From Thalia democratica (taxonomy: Eukaryota): a stretch of 64,000 nt of DNA. The stretch is from assembly GCA_965202585.1 (NCBI GenBank), contig CBDBBG010000273.1, forward strand, positions 1-64,000. The letters run 5' to 3'. Each line of letters begins with the position of its first letter. Positions within the stretch are counted from its first letter, which is position 1. The notes beneath the pieces are model-generated. The model was not told the DNA's origin, ran no database searches, and worked only from the letters and a program-made list of their open reading frames with translations. A program made the position numbers and the translations under genes. Below, one piece after another: positions 1 to 12,376 of this stretch.

Positions 1-391
1 TACCTGAAGTTAAATTTAAATCATTAGTTTTGTTGTTTTGTTTAATTAACTTTTTTTCAGTTTAATAGGATTTTACACTAATAAGTTGTATTATAAATAA
101 ATTAATAATAAAACTGCTGCAGATTAACTGTACTGATATAATTTATTGTATATTAATAATTTAAAGTACATGTAGTGCTGAAATAATTATATTTTTAAAA
201 GAAATGTTTCAGCAGTATTTATATTTACGTAATGGTTATAACTGTACAAATATATGAAAAAAAAATTAAACTGATAAATGTACTTATTACATAAAGTTTT
301 GATATTATGCTCAATATATAAATGGTTACATAAAACTAATGTACTTTATGAAGTTATTGTTGATTTATACATTTGGCTTAACAGTATTTCT

Positions 392-824
392 GGGGGTGCA
401 CAACTATTCAAAATCTGATAATTCAAATTCTTAAAAAAAAAAGTTGAAAAGGAAACAACTAAAAAAGTAATGTATATATGGAAATTAAAAAAAAATATTT
501 AGATCCTATTAGTATCTACAATCCGTTTTTTTCTTTTTGCAAAACATAAAATATTTTTTGAGATGGGGCTTAAAAAAAGTAAAAAACTTATTTAATTTTA
601 ATAATTTTAAAACATCTTAAAATTTTTTTAAGGTTTTGCGAAAAAGAAAAAGCAGCTTGTAGATATTGATACAATCTACATTTGTATTTTTTATTTTTTT
701 CAAATTTATAATACTTTTTAAGATATAGTCTTTTAAATATTTTTATAGGAATTTGAATTGTTAAAGTTTGACTTGCTTAAATTTGAATTGTCATTGAATT
801 TGAATATGGCTAGTACTTTTCACC
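392..824. mobile_element. Diverged second member of the same MITE family; also 23012-23444 and 45631-46063
   Basis: Collinear similarity to 1818-2233 (gggtgcac.actattcaaa, tattttttgagat, ttttttcaaattta, agatatagtc, tttgaattg); no clean TSD. Confidence 0.6.
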
Positions 825-1817
825 TTTTTTTTAAGTTTAAAGTTACATTGGATATGTTACAGACTAGGTTTGAGTGTTTAACAATTTGCTTATGGTAGGA
901 GCAAACTAAAATTTAAAGGTTAAAAGCAACTTGTAGCGCCTGCTTTTAAACTTTCTAACAGGAGCTAATGTTAAACTTTTTAATGAAATATTATTAAAAT
1001 TGATTTTATCTACCTAGGTTCTAGTTTTAAATTATATAAAAAAGAAAGAATCACCGTATTTGTACTAGTTATAAAATTATATACAAAACTTTTAAATGAA
1101 TGTCGTTAAAAGTGTAACCATTGGAGACTTTATATCATTCACAATATTTTGAATTTTTTTTTTTAAATACAGTTATAACTACTGTTATTGGCACAGTTTA
1201 TTCCAACATTGCTTTACAAAGATTAAAATAGGCTCTTAAATGAAAGTTTAGAATGTGAACTATTAGTAAGTTTTAAAATAATATAAAAGTTATATTCGTC
1301 TTTTATTTATAGCCACTTTGTAATAACGTTTCAGTATAAACCATTGGACAGCATTTTTTTAACTGTCAATTTTATCTTAATTATTTAACTTAATTACAAA
1401 TCTTTTCAAATTTAAAAGTACATACCAATTTTTTATAAAATGATCCTTGCACTATTAAAGCAACCTGTCAGAACAAAATAATTATGCTAATTAATTCATT
1501 ATTCTATTTAATTTTAATTGGGTCCATCATTGTTGACACAATGTTGATACAAATGCGTAAATTTTCCAAAATATTAAATATACTTATAGTTAGTGTATAT
1601 ACACTACAGTGACCTCTCTCTACGCACAGTTTTCCCACAGCAAAAGTGCGTAGTTACACAAGAGAACATAATTTAAAAAGAGGTGCATTACAAAGTTGAA
1701 AAAAAATCAACTGAATATTTGCAAGAACATGCATTTTTACAAAAGTACATTTTAATTTAAAGTATTATGTTGTTAATTGAAAAAATACAATAAATTTATT
1801 GCTTCAGTAGTAAAAAA

Positions 1818-2233
1818 GGGTGCACGACTATTCAAATTTGGACTATTCAAATTCCGACAATTTAAATTCTTAATAAAAAATTGTAAAGGCTATAAGTAAA
1901 AAAATAAGATATATTTGTCAAAAATAAAAAATATAAATGTAGGTTACATAAATATCCACAAGACATTTTTTATATTCTGCAATAAACTTAGTATTTTTTG
2001 AGATATGGCTCGAGTAAATCAAAAAACATAGTTATTTTAGTAAATTTATGAAATCTTTGAAATGTTTTAGATTTTGCAAAAAAGAAAGCTTGTAAATATT
2101 AACAAGATCTAAATATGCATTTTTTATTTTTTTCAAATTTATTTTACTTTATGAGATATAGTCTTTTTAGTAGTTTTTTAAGAACTTGAGTTGTCAAAAT
2201 TTGAGTTGTCCGAGTTTGAATTGTAATTTAACC
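1818..2233. mobile_element. Mutator-like (MULE) MITE with 9-bp TSD; also 24437-24852 and 47056-47471
   Basis: GG...CC ends, degenerate inverted arms (actattcaaat.../...tttgaattg), 9-bp direct repeat agtaaaaaa at 1809-1817 and 2234-2242; absent from the homologous site in the other sub-repeat units. Confidence 0.75.
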
Positions 2234-2513
2234 AGTAAAAAATATTTAAATTATAAATATTTTTTTTGAGAGTTCTAACAAACGTAACCAAACGAGAGTG
2301 GGTAGATTTGTGAGAGGTTATTGTATTTAAACAGAGTTCTAACAAGTTGTTGCTTATTTAAGTATAAGTTTGTTATTGAAAAATTTCATACAAAATAAAG
2401 TTCAATAGATTTCGTTCACCAAAAATTATAAAAAAAAAAGTTACTAAGCAGTAGAATTTATCTATTTGAAAATATGCTAATAAAAATAGAAACATTTAAT
2501 AAGTATTTTTTAG

Positions 2514-2615
2514 ACGGATAAATGCTCACACACTTTCGCTTGGAACAAGATACAAATCAAAACTTTACAAAAGTATTCTGCCCTTATTGGAAGGATTGTT
2601 TCAACTGCCAACTAA
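2514..2615 (+). pseudogene. 102-nt exon-like module repeated in the sub-repeats (also 3807-3903 with frameshift, 5009-5110, 7069-7170)
   Basis: tttAG and GTCAGT boundaries in all four copies; three keep 102 nt and an open phase 2-2 frame (RINAHTLSLGTRYKSKLYKSILPLLEGLFQLPT-like); one has a 5-nt deletion. Confidence 0.4.
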
Positions 2616-5600
2616 GTCAGTTTTTTTATTAAACTTAGTGTTTTGATAATATGAGCTTTGTAATGATTAAGATTTATACAGGTTTTTAATCCACTAAAAA
2701 GTTTCTGAAACTATTTGCGTTTAATAAATTTAATTTAATTTTAACTTTTGTAAGTGACTCAGCTTTCTATCCTTATAAATAAATTTAGTTTGTATATATT
2801 TGTACAAAATGCTACTTAGTACGCAATATCAAATAATTACTAACAAATTTAATTCCATAATTAAGTTAATATATACTTAAAGTTTTATGTATGAATTATG
2901 TTCTTACTACAATTGAACTTTAAGTAAAAAATCCTAGTTTTCATAGTTATGATTATTTAGTGTATAAACTAATTTATAATTATATATTCATAATTATACA
3001 GCAGTTACGATGTTTAGTCTGAAAGTTATTGCTAAAAAACATCGAGTATGAATATGAGGCCAACTATATAGTTTTAGCTCGATATTGGTACGAATTTATG
3101 CTGGGTATTTAACAATAATTGTTTTCTTTACATTTGTATAAGACTTATTTTTCAAGATGACTGTTTAAAACATACCTTTTCTATAAATCGATCCTTGCAC
3201 TATTAAAACATCATGTCAGAACAAAACAATTGTGCTATTTAATCAACTAAATATTACTAACTAATTCTTATTGGGTCTATCAAATGTTGTACAAATTCGT
3301 CAATCTTTCTAAAGTATTAAATTTATCTATGATTAGTGTATATACATTACAGTGACCTCTCGCAAATTTACGAATACTGTGCCTACAAAAAAAAGTGTAG
3401 TTAAACGAAAGAACGTAATTTAACGACAGGTGCAATGTAATTTTAAAACCAAAACAAGTGAATATTTGCAAGATTATGCATTTTTACAAAAGTAAATGTT
3501 GTTTATAGCATTATTTTGTTAATTCAAAACATACATTACAATAAATTATTGGTAGATAAACTTCAAATTGTATATATTTTTGTGTTTTTTTGTAGATTTG
3601 TGAGAGATTATTGATTTATTCAGTGTTTTAACAAGTTGTTGCTTATCTAAGTGTAAGTTTGTTATTGAAAATTTCACACAAATAATAATTCAATAGATAT
3701 CGTTCACCAAAAATTTAGGAACAACTAATACAATTAACAAGCGGTAACATTTATCTTATTGAAAATATGCTAATAAGAACAGCAACATGAAATAAATATT
3801 TTTTAGACGAATAAATGCTCACACACTTTCGCTTGGAACAAGATACAAATCAAAACTGTTCAAAATTCTTCTTATTGGAAGGATCGTTTCAACTGCCAAC
3901 TAGGTCAGTTTTCTTATTAGTTTTAGTGTATTAATAATATGAGCTTTGTATTGCTTAAGACTTATACTGGTTTTTATTTCACTAAAAAGTTTCTAAAACC
4001 ATTTGCTTTAAATAACTTATTTTATATTTTATAAGTAACTCAGCTTTCTATCCTAATAAATAGATTTAAAATGTATATAAATTTGTACAACATTCTACTT
4101 GGTATATAATATCGAATAATTACAAACAAGTTTAAGTCCATAATAAAGCGATTATATACTTAAAATGTGAACTATAAGTAGGCTTATCAAATGTTAACAA
4201 AATTTTAATAATCTACTTATGTATAGTCATTTTGTAGAAATATTTCAGTATAAACCATTAAACAGCAGTTTTTTTTACTGCCAATTTTCTCAGTAAATTA
4301 TAAATTGACTACAAATATTTTTTTTTATTTTTACAATTAAGAGTAAATATCGATTGATTTATAAAGTGATCCTTGCACTATTAAAACAACCTGTCAGATT
4401 AAAAAAAGCTAATTGATCAATTAATTATTCTAATTAATTTTTTTCAAGTCCATAAATGTTGTAGAAATGCAACAAACTTTTTGAAGTATTAAAAATATCT
4501 TTGATTAGTGTATATGTATTACAGTGACCTCTCGCGAATTTACGCACTATGTGCTCACAGCAAAAACTGCGTAGTTAAACGAGAGATCGTAATTTACCGA
4601 GAGGTGCATTACAAAGTTGAAAGATTGAATATTTGCAAGAATATGCATTTTTACAATCCACTATTTTAATTTAAAGTATTATGTTGTTAATTCAAGACAT
4701 ACAATAAATTTATTTCTACAATACTAAAAAAACTTTAAATTATATGTATGTGTTTTGAGAGTTCTAACAAACGTTACCAAACGATAGTGGGTAGATTTGT
4801 GAGAGGTTATTGTATTTAAACAGTGTTCTAACAAGTTGTTGCTTATCTAAGTATAAATCTGTTATTGAAAAATTTCATACGAAATAAAATTCAATACATA
4901 TTGTTCATAAAAAGTTGAGGAACAAGTAATAAAATTACTAAGTGGTAACGTTTATATGAACTAAAATATGTTAATAAGAACAGCAACAATAAATAAATAA
5001 TTTTTTAGACGGTTAAATGCTCACACACTTATGCTTGGAACAAGATACAGCTCACAACTGTACAAAGTTATTCTGTCCTTATTTGAAGGATCGTTTCAAC
5101 TGCCAACTAGGTCAGTTTTCTTATTAGTTTTAGTGTATTAATAATATGAGCTTTGTATTGCTTTAGGTTTATAAGAGTTTTTATTCCACTAAAAAGTTTC
5201 TAAAACTATTTGCGTTTAATAATTTATTTTATATTTTGTAAGTAACTCAGCTTTCTATCCTAATGAATAGATTTAAAATGTGTATATATTTGTACAAAAT
5301 TGTACTTGGTATGTAATATCAAATAATTACAAACAAGTTTAAGTTCATAATAAAGCAATTATTTACTCAGAATGTGAATTATAAGTAGGCTTATCAAATG
5401 TTACGATAATTTTAATAATCTATTTATGTATAGGTATTTGTAAAAACGAAATACATTGTTTTGCAAAAGTTGAAATAGGCTGTAAATAAAAGCTTTGAAT
5501 GTAAACTAGAAGTAAAATTTCAAATAATATAAAATATTTGGTCATCTGTTTATGAAAAGTCAATTAGTGAAAAATTTTCAGCATAAACCTATGGAATGCA

Positions 5601-7370
5601 ATTGTTTTGTTGTCAATTTTCTCAGTAATTTGTTTAAAAGTAAATACCAATTTTTTTTTATAAAATAGTCCTTGCACTATTAACACAACGTGTCAGAACA
5701 AATTGAAACGATTATGCTAATTACACTCACCTCCCGCGAATCTACGCACATTGTGTCCACAGCGAAAGTGTGTAACTAAACAAGAGGTAGTAAATATACC
5801 TTCTATATCGGTTGTTTTTTTATATTTGATTAAATACAGTTTTTGGACTTTACCGCTTTTATTGTTCGCAGAAATAAGTTTCATTCAAGTTCTAATTGTG
5901 GAAAAGTTTTGAATAAAAATTTTTATCTGTTGAGAAAAAATATATTTTATACCTTGAATAAATATTGTTCTATAATACCACTCAAGATAAGTTTAATTTT
6001 AGGTGGGCTTACAAAAAATATGCTTAAAATAAAAGATTTATTGCCTTGAAATGAAACTTTATGCCATAAATATTGTGGGCAAACAATGTACTTTGTTTGA
6101 ATTGTAGGTATGAAGGGGGCTAAAAAACCTAAAGTTTAAAAAACAAAGCCGTACAGTTTAAGAGGTTTTTTATCGAAGGCACTAACTAAAATTGCAAATT
6201 CATTATTTAATAAAAAATATATCTTCTATATTTATCCAAATATAAATTTGAATTATTTACGAAATATTTTAAACTATATTTTTTATTCTGTGAGAATTCT
6301 AAAATGCTAAACGGTAATGGGTGACCAAATGAGCGCTTAGATTTGTGAGAGATGACTGTAGTCCATTATTACTAATTACTTTAGTTGTGTCCATCAAAGT
6401 TGACACAAATGTTGTACAAATGCGTCGCTTACCTTTTCTCTTTTTTATATGAGTTTAGTAAAAAGGTAGTGACTAACTTTATTTAGTTTTAGAAATATAT
6501 TTTATAATGTTTTTGTAAAGTATGTCATTTGCAAACTTTTGAAAGAACTTAATTTATCCATGACTATCGTATACACATTACATAGACCTTTCGCGTATTT
6601 ACGCACAGTGTGCTCACAGCAAAAAGTGCGTAATTAAACGAGAAAACGTAATTTAACGAGAGGTGCATTACAAAGTTGAAACGAAAACGACTGAATATTT
6701 GCAAGAATATGCATTTTTACAACCCAACATTTTATTTTAAAGCATTTTGTTGTTAATTTAAAACATGCAATAAATTTATTGGTACAATATTAAAAAAGCT
6801 TTAAATTATAAATATTTATTTTAAGAGTTCTAACAAACGTAACTAAACGAGAGTGGGTAGATTTGTGAGAGGTTATTGTATTTAAACAGTGTTCTAACAA
6901 GTTGTTGCTTCTTTAAGTATAAGTTTGTTATTGAAAAATTTAATACAAAATAAAAATTCAATAGATATCGTTCACCAAAAATTAAGTAACAAAGTTACTA
7001 AGTGGTAATATTTATATAAAATAAAATATGTTAATAAGAACAGCAACATTAAATAAATAATTCTTTAGACGGATAGATGCTCACACACTTATGCTTGGAA
7101 CAAGAAACAATTTACAACTGTTCAAAAGTATTCTGTTCTTATTGGAAGGATTGTTTCAACTGCAAACTAAGTCAGTTTATTTATTAGTTTTAGTATTTTA
7201 ATATTAAGATATTGCTTTAGATTTATAAGAGTTTTTATTCCACTAAGAAAGTTTCTAAAGCTATTTGCCTTAAATAATTTTTTTTATCTTTTGTAACTAA
7301 CTCAGCTTTCTATCTCAATAAATTGATTTAAACTATGTATATATGTGTACAAAATGCTACTAAATATGTT

Positions 7371-7500
7371 GGGTAGCTGTAAAATTAGCTCAAATTTACG
7401 AAATTGCACAAGGGCACAAAATTGCACGAAGACACTTTTGCACGAGGTGACATAAAACTACACGAAGAAACTTTTGCACGACGGTACATTTTTGCAACAA
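7371..7500. mobile_element. Truncated insertion with (t)tgcacga subrepeats; also at +22619 and +45238
   Basis: Starts gggtagctg, several ttgcacga/ttgcaca motifs, flanked by duplicated tgtacaaaatgctactaa (7346-7363, 7530-7547). Confidence 0.5.
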
Positions 7501-8706
7501 CATACATTTTAGCATGTAAAATATATATTTGTACAAAATGCTACTAATTATGTTATCACAATTGATTACGACCAAATTTATGTCAGTAAGGTTTAAATCA
7601 AAAGTTTTATTTTTACTGAAACTATTCATAATCTGAACATTTTTTCGATTAAGTTTAGTTCAAATAAAGTATACATTTGTAAAATTGTTCACAATCTTTT
7701 ATATTTAACGAATCACTTACACATAGTATATCTCCTTACTTATTTTGCTCATGATAGCTAAAATCGTCTCGAGGGGATATATTGTTCAACTTCGGGAAAC
7801 CTTGATGTATATAATTGATTATACAGAGTTATAATAAACTGTTAATTCATTTTTTCTAGTAAAATTGATATAAAGTAGACTGAAGTCAATTGAATACACT
7901 AAGTAATGAAGGTAAGCTTTATAACCTTTTGTAACTGATTCAGTTTTCTGCCTTAATAAAAAGATTAAGACATTTTCAATTTATATATATTTCTACAAAA
8001 TACCATTCAGTATGTAAAACTAAATAATTACGAACTAATGCAAGCCAGTAAGAATTAAAACACAAACTTAAAAAAAATTAGTTAGTTGAAAACAACTAGT
8101 ATTAAAATAAAAGATAAACTAGTGTAACAAGTTATTAAATCAAGAAAACGTATATATTTTAATGTAGATAATGATTGTAATAATAATTTTAAGTCGGAGC
8201 TATTGTTACCAATTATTCGATATGTACCAGCAATTGACGTTACTTTTAGTTTTATTCTGCTAAAGTGCTTAATTTTATAAATATTTTATTCTATATGTTT
8301 GAAATAAGCGATGGTTTACTTCTAATTAAACAAATATGTCTGCTAAATATTTATAAAACTTCTTTTACTACTAGCTACTCTTGATTAATTAATTTCAGCA
8401 CAAATGTTGTACAGGTTTGTCAAATAATAATTTTTTGTTTGAATTCGGTATTGTTACCAGATATTTTTTTTGCAGTCAACACACATAGTTATTATTAAAA
8501 TTTACATCCATCGGTTCTATAGGGTCTATGTCATAGGTAGGCAGATTTTTATAAGTCGTGTCTTTCAATAATAGTTTGCTCGCGTGCCACACTTTTGAGA
8601 AAAAAATCGCAGTTATATTAAATAAATGTTTTATTTAGTGAAATTTAAACTAAAACCTTGATAATTTACCATAATCAATAGCAATTAGTAAATACATAGC
8701 CTAATT

Positions 8707-8881
8707 CAGTGCTTCTGAAATGGGGTTCCGCGGAACCCTAGGGTTCCGCGAAGCCTTTCGAAATTAAAAAAAAAATATTTATTCAATTAAACATTTTATG
8801 TAGAATTAAAATTAGGGGTTCCGCGGAAAAATTGAATTTTGGAAAAGGGTTCCGCCACTAGAAAAAGGTTCAGAAGCACTG
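8707..8881. mobile_element. hAT-superfamily MITE (175 bp), copy 1
   Basis: TIR cagtgcttctgaa...ttcagaagcactg; perfect 8-bp TSD gcctaatt (8699-8706, 8882-8889); internal gggttccgc motifs. Confidence 0.92.
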
Positions 8882-10175
8882 GCCTAATTGTAGCTTAGCC
8901 TCAAATTTTATTACTTTTTATAAATATTTTTTGTTAGCTAATCGCGTATCGCAGTTAACTGTCCCCAGTTTGCCCTGGTATATGTGAATAAAATAAAACC
9001 ATGTTTATATTGTGCGCATAAAAGTCTTTTATATTAACTTACAAATCAACTCAGTTTTTTATTTAATCAATCAAGTACTTTTTATTTAATGTCGTCACTG
9101 CTGTACAATTCATTCCTAATTTAAAACTCACAATTTTAGTCAGTAAGGCAGGATTGTTCCATTGTTTTACTGGGATGATTTTATTTTTTGAAGTATCACT
9201 ATTGTTCTTTATTTAATATTAATTGATCTTCGTTGTCAATTGACTGTTAACGCAGCGGTTTTCAAATATTTCAAAAACTGTCCACAGCAAATTACTGAAT
9301 ACAAGTTCTGCGCATTCTAAACTATTGTATACATTTTTACTACTAATACTTTTGTTATTATGAATTAATTTTGAAGGATAAAGTAAAATTTGTTTTACAA
9401 AATCAATTAACTGCGTAGTGATTTTAATAATAAATTTTACAACTCATTGTTATTTCCGTGCACACTGAATATTTTTTTTTTTGAGAAACACTTTTTTACT
9501 CTGACTGTGAAGTTTAGCTAAATCATTATGCAGAAATAGTTTCTTTGTTCTACGAATTTTACTATGAAAAGAATTAATTTCTTAAAATCTTAGATAAAAA
9601 AACGAAGTATATTGTATATGATGAACATTAAGTTTAGTTTGACTTTCAATAACAAATTTAATACTTGAAGTGTTTTTATTTTCTTTGCTTCAACCTTTGC
9701 AACTTATCAGTTCTATCTTAACATGCTCACCAATAAAAGTTTTTTTTTAATAAGTACAATGTTTCAAAAAAAAGCTTACTTTAACTCACTGTGACCCTTA
9801 AACGACTTTTTATTTTTTAGTAAAGATTATGTCTCTTCTGATCCGTACTAGAAGCTGTTGTTATACAATACAAAAAGTAAACATAAATAACAATTTTAAT
9901 ATGTAATATAAGTATTAAAATCAGTTTTCATACAAAATCTATTGTTTCAATAACAACTCATACTGATTATAAAATATTATTTGTTTTTATATTTATTATT
10001 ATCTGGTTACAATATATAACTGTCGATTCCTTTATTCAGTAAGCGCTTTTGATTTTCAATTTTTTTTTAAACTATATTACATCAATCATTATGTGTGTAT
10101 ACAAAAGTAAATGTTTATAAAATTATTTTGTAACTATAAGCTAACTGTTTAGTTTGGATATAAAAGCATACTTAA

Positions 10176-11243
10176 CACCTGGGTTTTTACTAAACTAGGA
10201 AAAATAAAATCCGGGATTTAAAAAAAAAAAACTATAATTTAAAAAAAACCTTGTGTTCAATATATGCTTGTCAATTAAAAGTTATCAAAAATTTGTCTAA
10301 ATGAAAATTTTAAAACGTATGAATTAATTTTGGCATTCTGAAACATTATTAATATCATACAACAGAAAAATAAGATTTTGTACTAAAGGTGTTGTAAATT
10401 TTTAATATTTTAGTGAAAACTAAGTCAACTGTTAAACCTTAGTTGAGTTTAGTATCCTTAATAACTTTTGATAAAAACATAGACTTAAGAATTTAGCTTT
10501 CTTTTGCATATTTTAAAATGAATTGATATAGACATTTTATAACTTGGGTACTTTACACATAGTGAAAAGATTGCTAAGTTATCTAAATATGTAAATGCTT
10601 ATGTATAATATGAATAAGTTATAAATAACTAACAACTTTAGTACTTAACTGTTGATAAAAAAGACATTCAATTTTTCTAGCATTCTTAAGGTTTTTTTTT
10701 TAAGAAATGAAATTATCAAGAATATTTATATTACAATATCTTTTGTATTTCACAAAAAAAATCCAACTCGATTTTAAATGAAGTATTTTATTATCTCCTT
10801 TAATAGAAAAGAAAGTATAATATTTTGTGTTTAGAACGCTAGTTTTGAAATCATCATTTGAAAAGAGTAATACATTAGTGAAAAGTTATAAATATACTTA
10901 ATTTTTGATCTTCATATTACATTAAATGCAATTCAAAGTATTGAAAAGTTATAAATTAAAAATAAGTCAAGTATTGTAAATAAAAAATAATTAAACTAAT
11001 TTATCAACTAAAACAAATTATGATAAGAACAAGTTTCGAGTTTTGTTAAACTTTTTTAACAATTTTCGATTTATTTCCCTTGTCACAAATATCATAGTTT
11101 TAGTTTTATCTTATATTAGTAAAAAAAATATAGTTATTATAAGTATAAACTATAGTTATTAAAAGCATAAACTAATATTTACATAGGCTATTTATAACAT
11201 TAAGAGCTTAACAAAAGAATTTGTCATTTGAAAACCCCAGGTG
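10176..11243. mobile_element. Possible old TIR element bounded by cacctggg(g)tttt inverted repeats
   Basis: cacctgggttttt at 10176 and aaaaccccaggtg at 11231-11243; no TSD established. Confidence 0.25.
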
Positions 11244-11599
11244 AACTTAATTGTATATTTAAGAAATAATCTTTTAATTATCAAACTTATAACTTATAAT
11301 AAAAAAATTAACACTACTTAAGTTAATATATTCAGGCGACTATCAATCAGTTTTCGGTTAGGGGATTTTTTTTGGTTCATTGAACAGAAAATTGGTAAAA
11401 AAAAGGTGCTCACCTTTCGGCGGCACCTTCAAGAAGTTTGAAACTTGAAAAAAAATATATTCATAAAAATAATAAGTGGAATGATAAAAATACAGCTACA
11501 AACGACAAAAAAAAATGACTCTCTTGAGGTAGCTAATTTGTAAAAAATTGGTAAAAAAACAGACGCTCATCTTACGATGAACGTCTTTCAAAAAAAAAA

Positions 11600-11707
11600 T
11601 ATGGAAGAAAAAGTTGGAAAAAATTCGAGCAAAAACGGCCCCAATTTCGCCCGCGGGCGAAATTGGGGCCTTTTTTGCTCGAATTTTTTCCAACTTTTTC
11701 TTTCATA
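11600..11707. repeat. 108-bp spacerless near-perfect palindrome; also 34219-34326 and 56837-56944
   Basis: tatggaagaaaaagttgg...gcccgcgggc...ccaactttttctttcata, centred at 11653/11654; two non-Watson-Crick positions in copies 1-2, one in copy 3. Confidence 0.97.
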
Positions 11708-12162
11708 CTCTACCAATCCTTCACTTTCCATTCAAAATTCAATTCTCACAACTTTTCGAAAAAACTCCCCCTCCCTTAATTTGAAAATATTTTTTCAAAG
11801 CTTCTGCTTACACCGCAAAATGCTTTTTATCAGCTCTGATCGTGACGGCGACTGCGAGATGCAGCCGCTTCTCTGCCCGTCACATTTTGAGTGCTTCACC
11901 TTTCGCCCCTGCATTTTCTTCCGCCTTCTCTGCTTCAGTCGCCCGCTTGAAGCTTCTATAAATGCACGGCTTTAATCACTTCATTTCTGCACTCGTTCTT
12001 TTAACTGGGCTGAATCATCTCAGAGCTTTATGCTTACTTCTATGGCTGCTTTCGGACGGTACTTGCCTTTATTCTTGCTCTAATTTCCCTCCCTACACAT
12101 ACAATCGGGTCTGCTATGCGACCTTAACTGCTGCGCTCTTTCGATGCCAGCTTAAGTCGACG

Positions 12163-12334
12163 GCCAGTCGACTCAAGCTATAACCAATCCCTGCCTGCAT
12201 TAACAACCAAACCGCCTTGACGACTTCACGTCTACCCGCCTCGACGCCAGTCGACTCAAGCTATTACCAATCCCTGCCTGCATTAACAACCAACCCGCCT
12301 TGACGACTTCACGTCTACCCGCCTCTACGGCCAG
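12163..12334. repeat. 83-bp tandem duplication (2 units plus start of a third)
   Basis: gccagtcgactcaagcta.accaatccctgcc... at 12163 and 12246; gccag again at 12330. Confidence 0.95.
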
Positions 12335-12376
12335 GCATTTCCTCGTTAAAAGCCTACAACGCTTTGCATTATAAAA
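12183..12376 (+). promoter_or_regulatory. Putative Pol II promoter inside the TIR element
   Basis: CCAAT and CCCGCC (GC-box-like) motifs in each 83-bp unit, followed by TATAAAA at 12370-12376; motif evidence only. Confidence 0.4.

Larger units (their letters stand above)
1245..8050. repeat. Older diverged sub-repeat array (about 5 complete or partial 1.0-1.7-kb units); also at +22619 and +45238
   Basis: Ordered blocks recur: tccttgcactattaa (about 1444, 3191, 4369, 5669), gacctctc...gaggtgca (about 1610, 3353, 4526, 6585), gttctaacaa (about 2272, 4760, 6807), atgctcacacactt...caactg (about 2522, 3815, 5017, 7077), gtaagt.actcagctttctatc. Confidence 0.93.

Noticed and set aside
4520-4660. H/ACA snoRNA interpretation of the recurrent hairpin
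   Set aside because: An ACA follows the stem, but the pocket geometry and a two-hairpin H-box layout were not convincing.
1607-6722. Non-standard genetic code to explain an in-frame TAA shared by three of four hairpin blocks
   Set aside because: The TAA lies after a possible GTAATT donor, the blocks carry indels, and nothing else in the window requires reassignment.
3280-7629. ORF-track ORFs at 3280-3471, 5843-6049 and 7396-7629
   Set aside because: AT-driven composition; the frame is not kept in homologous sub-repeat units, or it runs through a TE fragment.
9256-9268. cagcggttttcaa, an hAT/Charlie-like terminus; similar lone ends near 20630 and 22596
   Set aside because: No partner TIR or TSD identified; treated as unannotatable relics.
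11841-11890. Hairpin-ribozyme loop A resemblance (AGAA opposite A-GUC on the minus strand)
   Set aside because: Helix 1 register does not fit and no loop B sequence (GUAUAUUAC-like) was found nearby.
11496-12183. ORF-track ORFs of 65, 132 and 73 aa in the TIR element
   Set aside because: They run through the palindrome and low-complexity tracts, resemble no family I recognise, and the 132-aa frame is disrupted by an indel in copy 3.
12163-12334. CRISPR-like array
   Set aside because: Whole 83-bp units are duplicated with no unique spacers, no cas genes, and a eukaryotic context.
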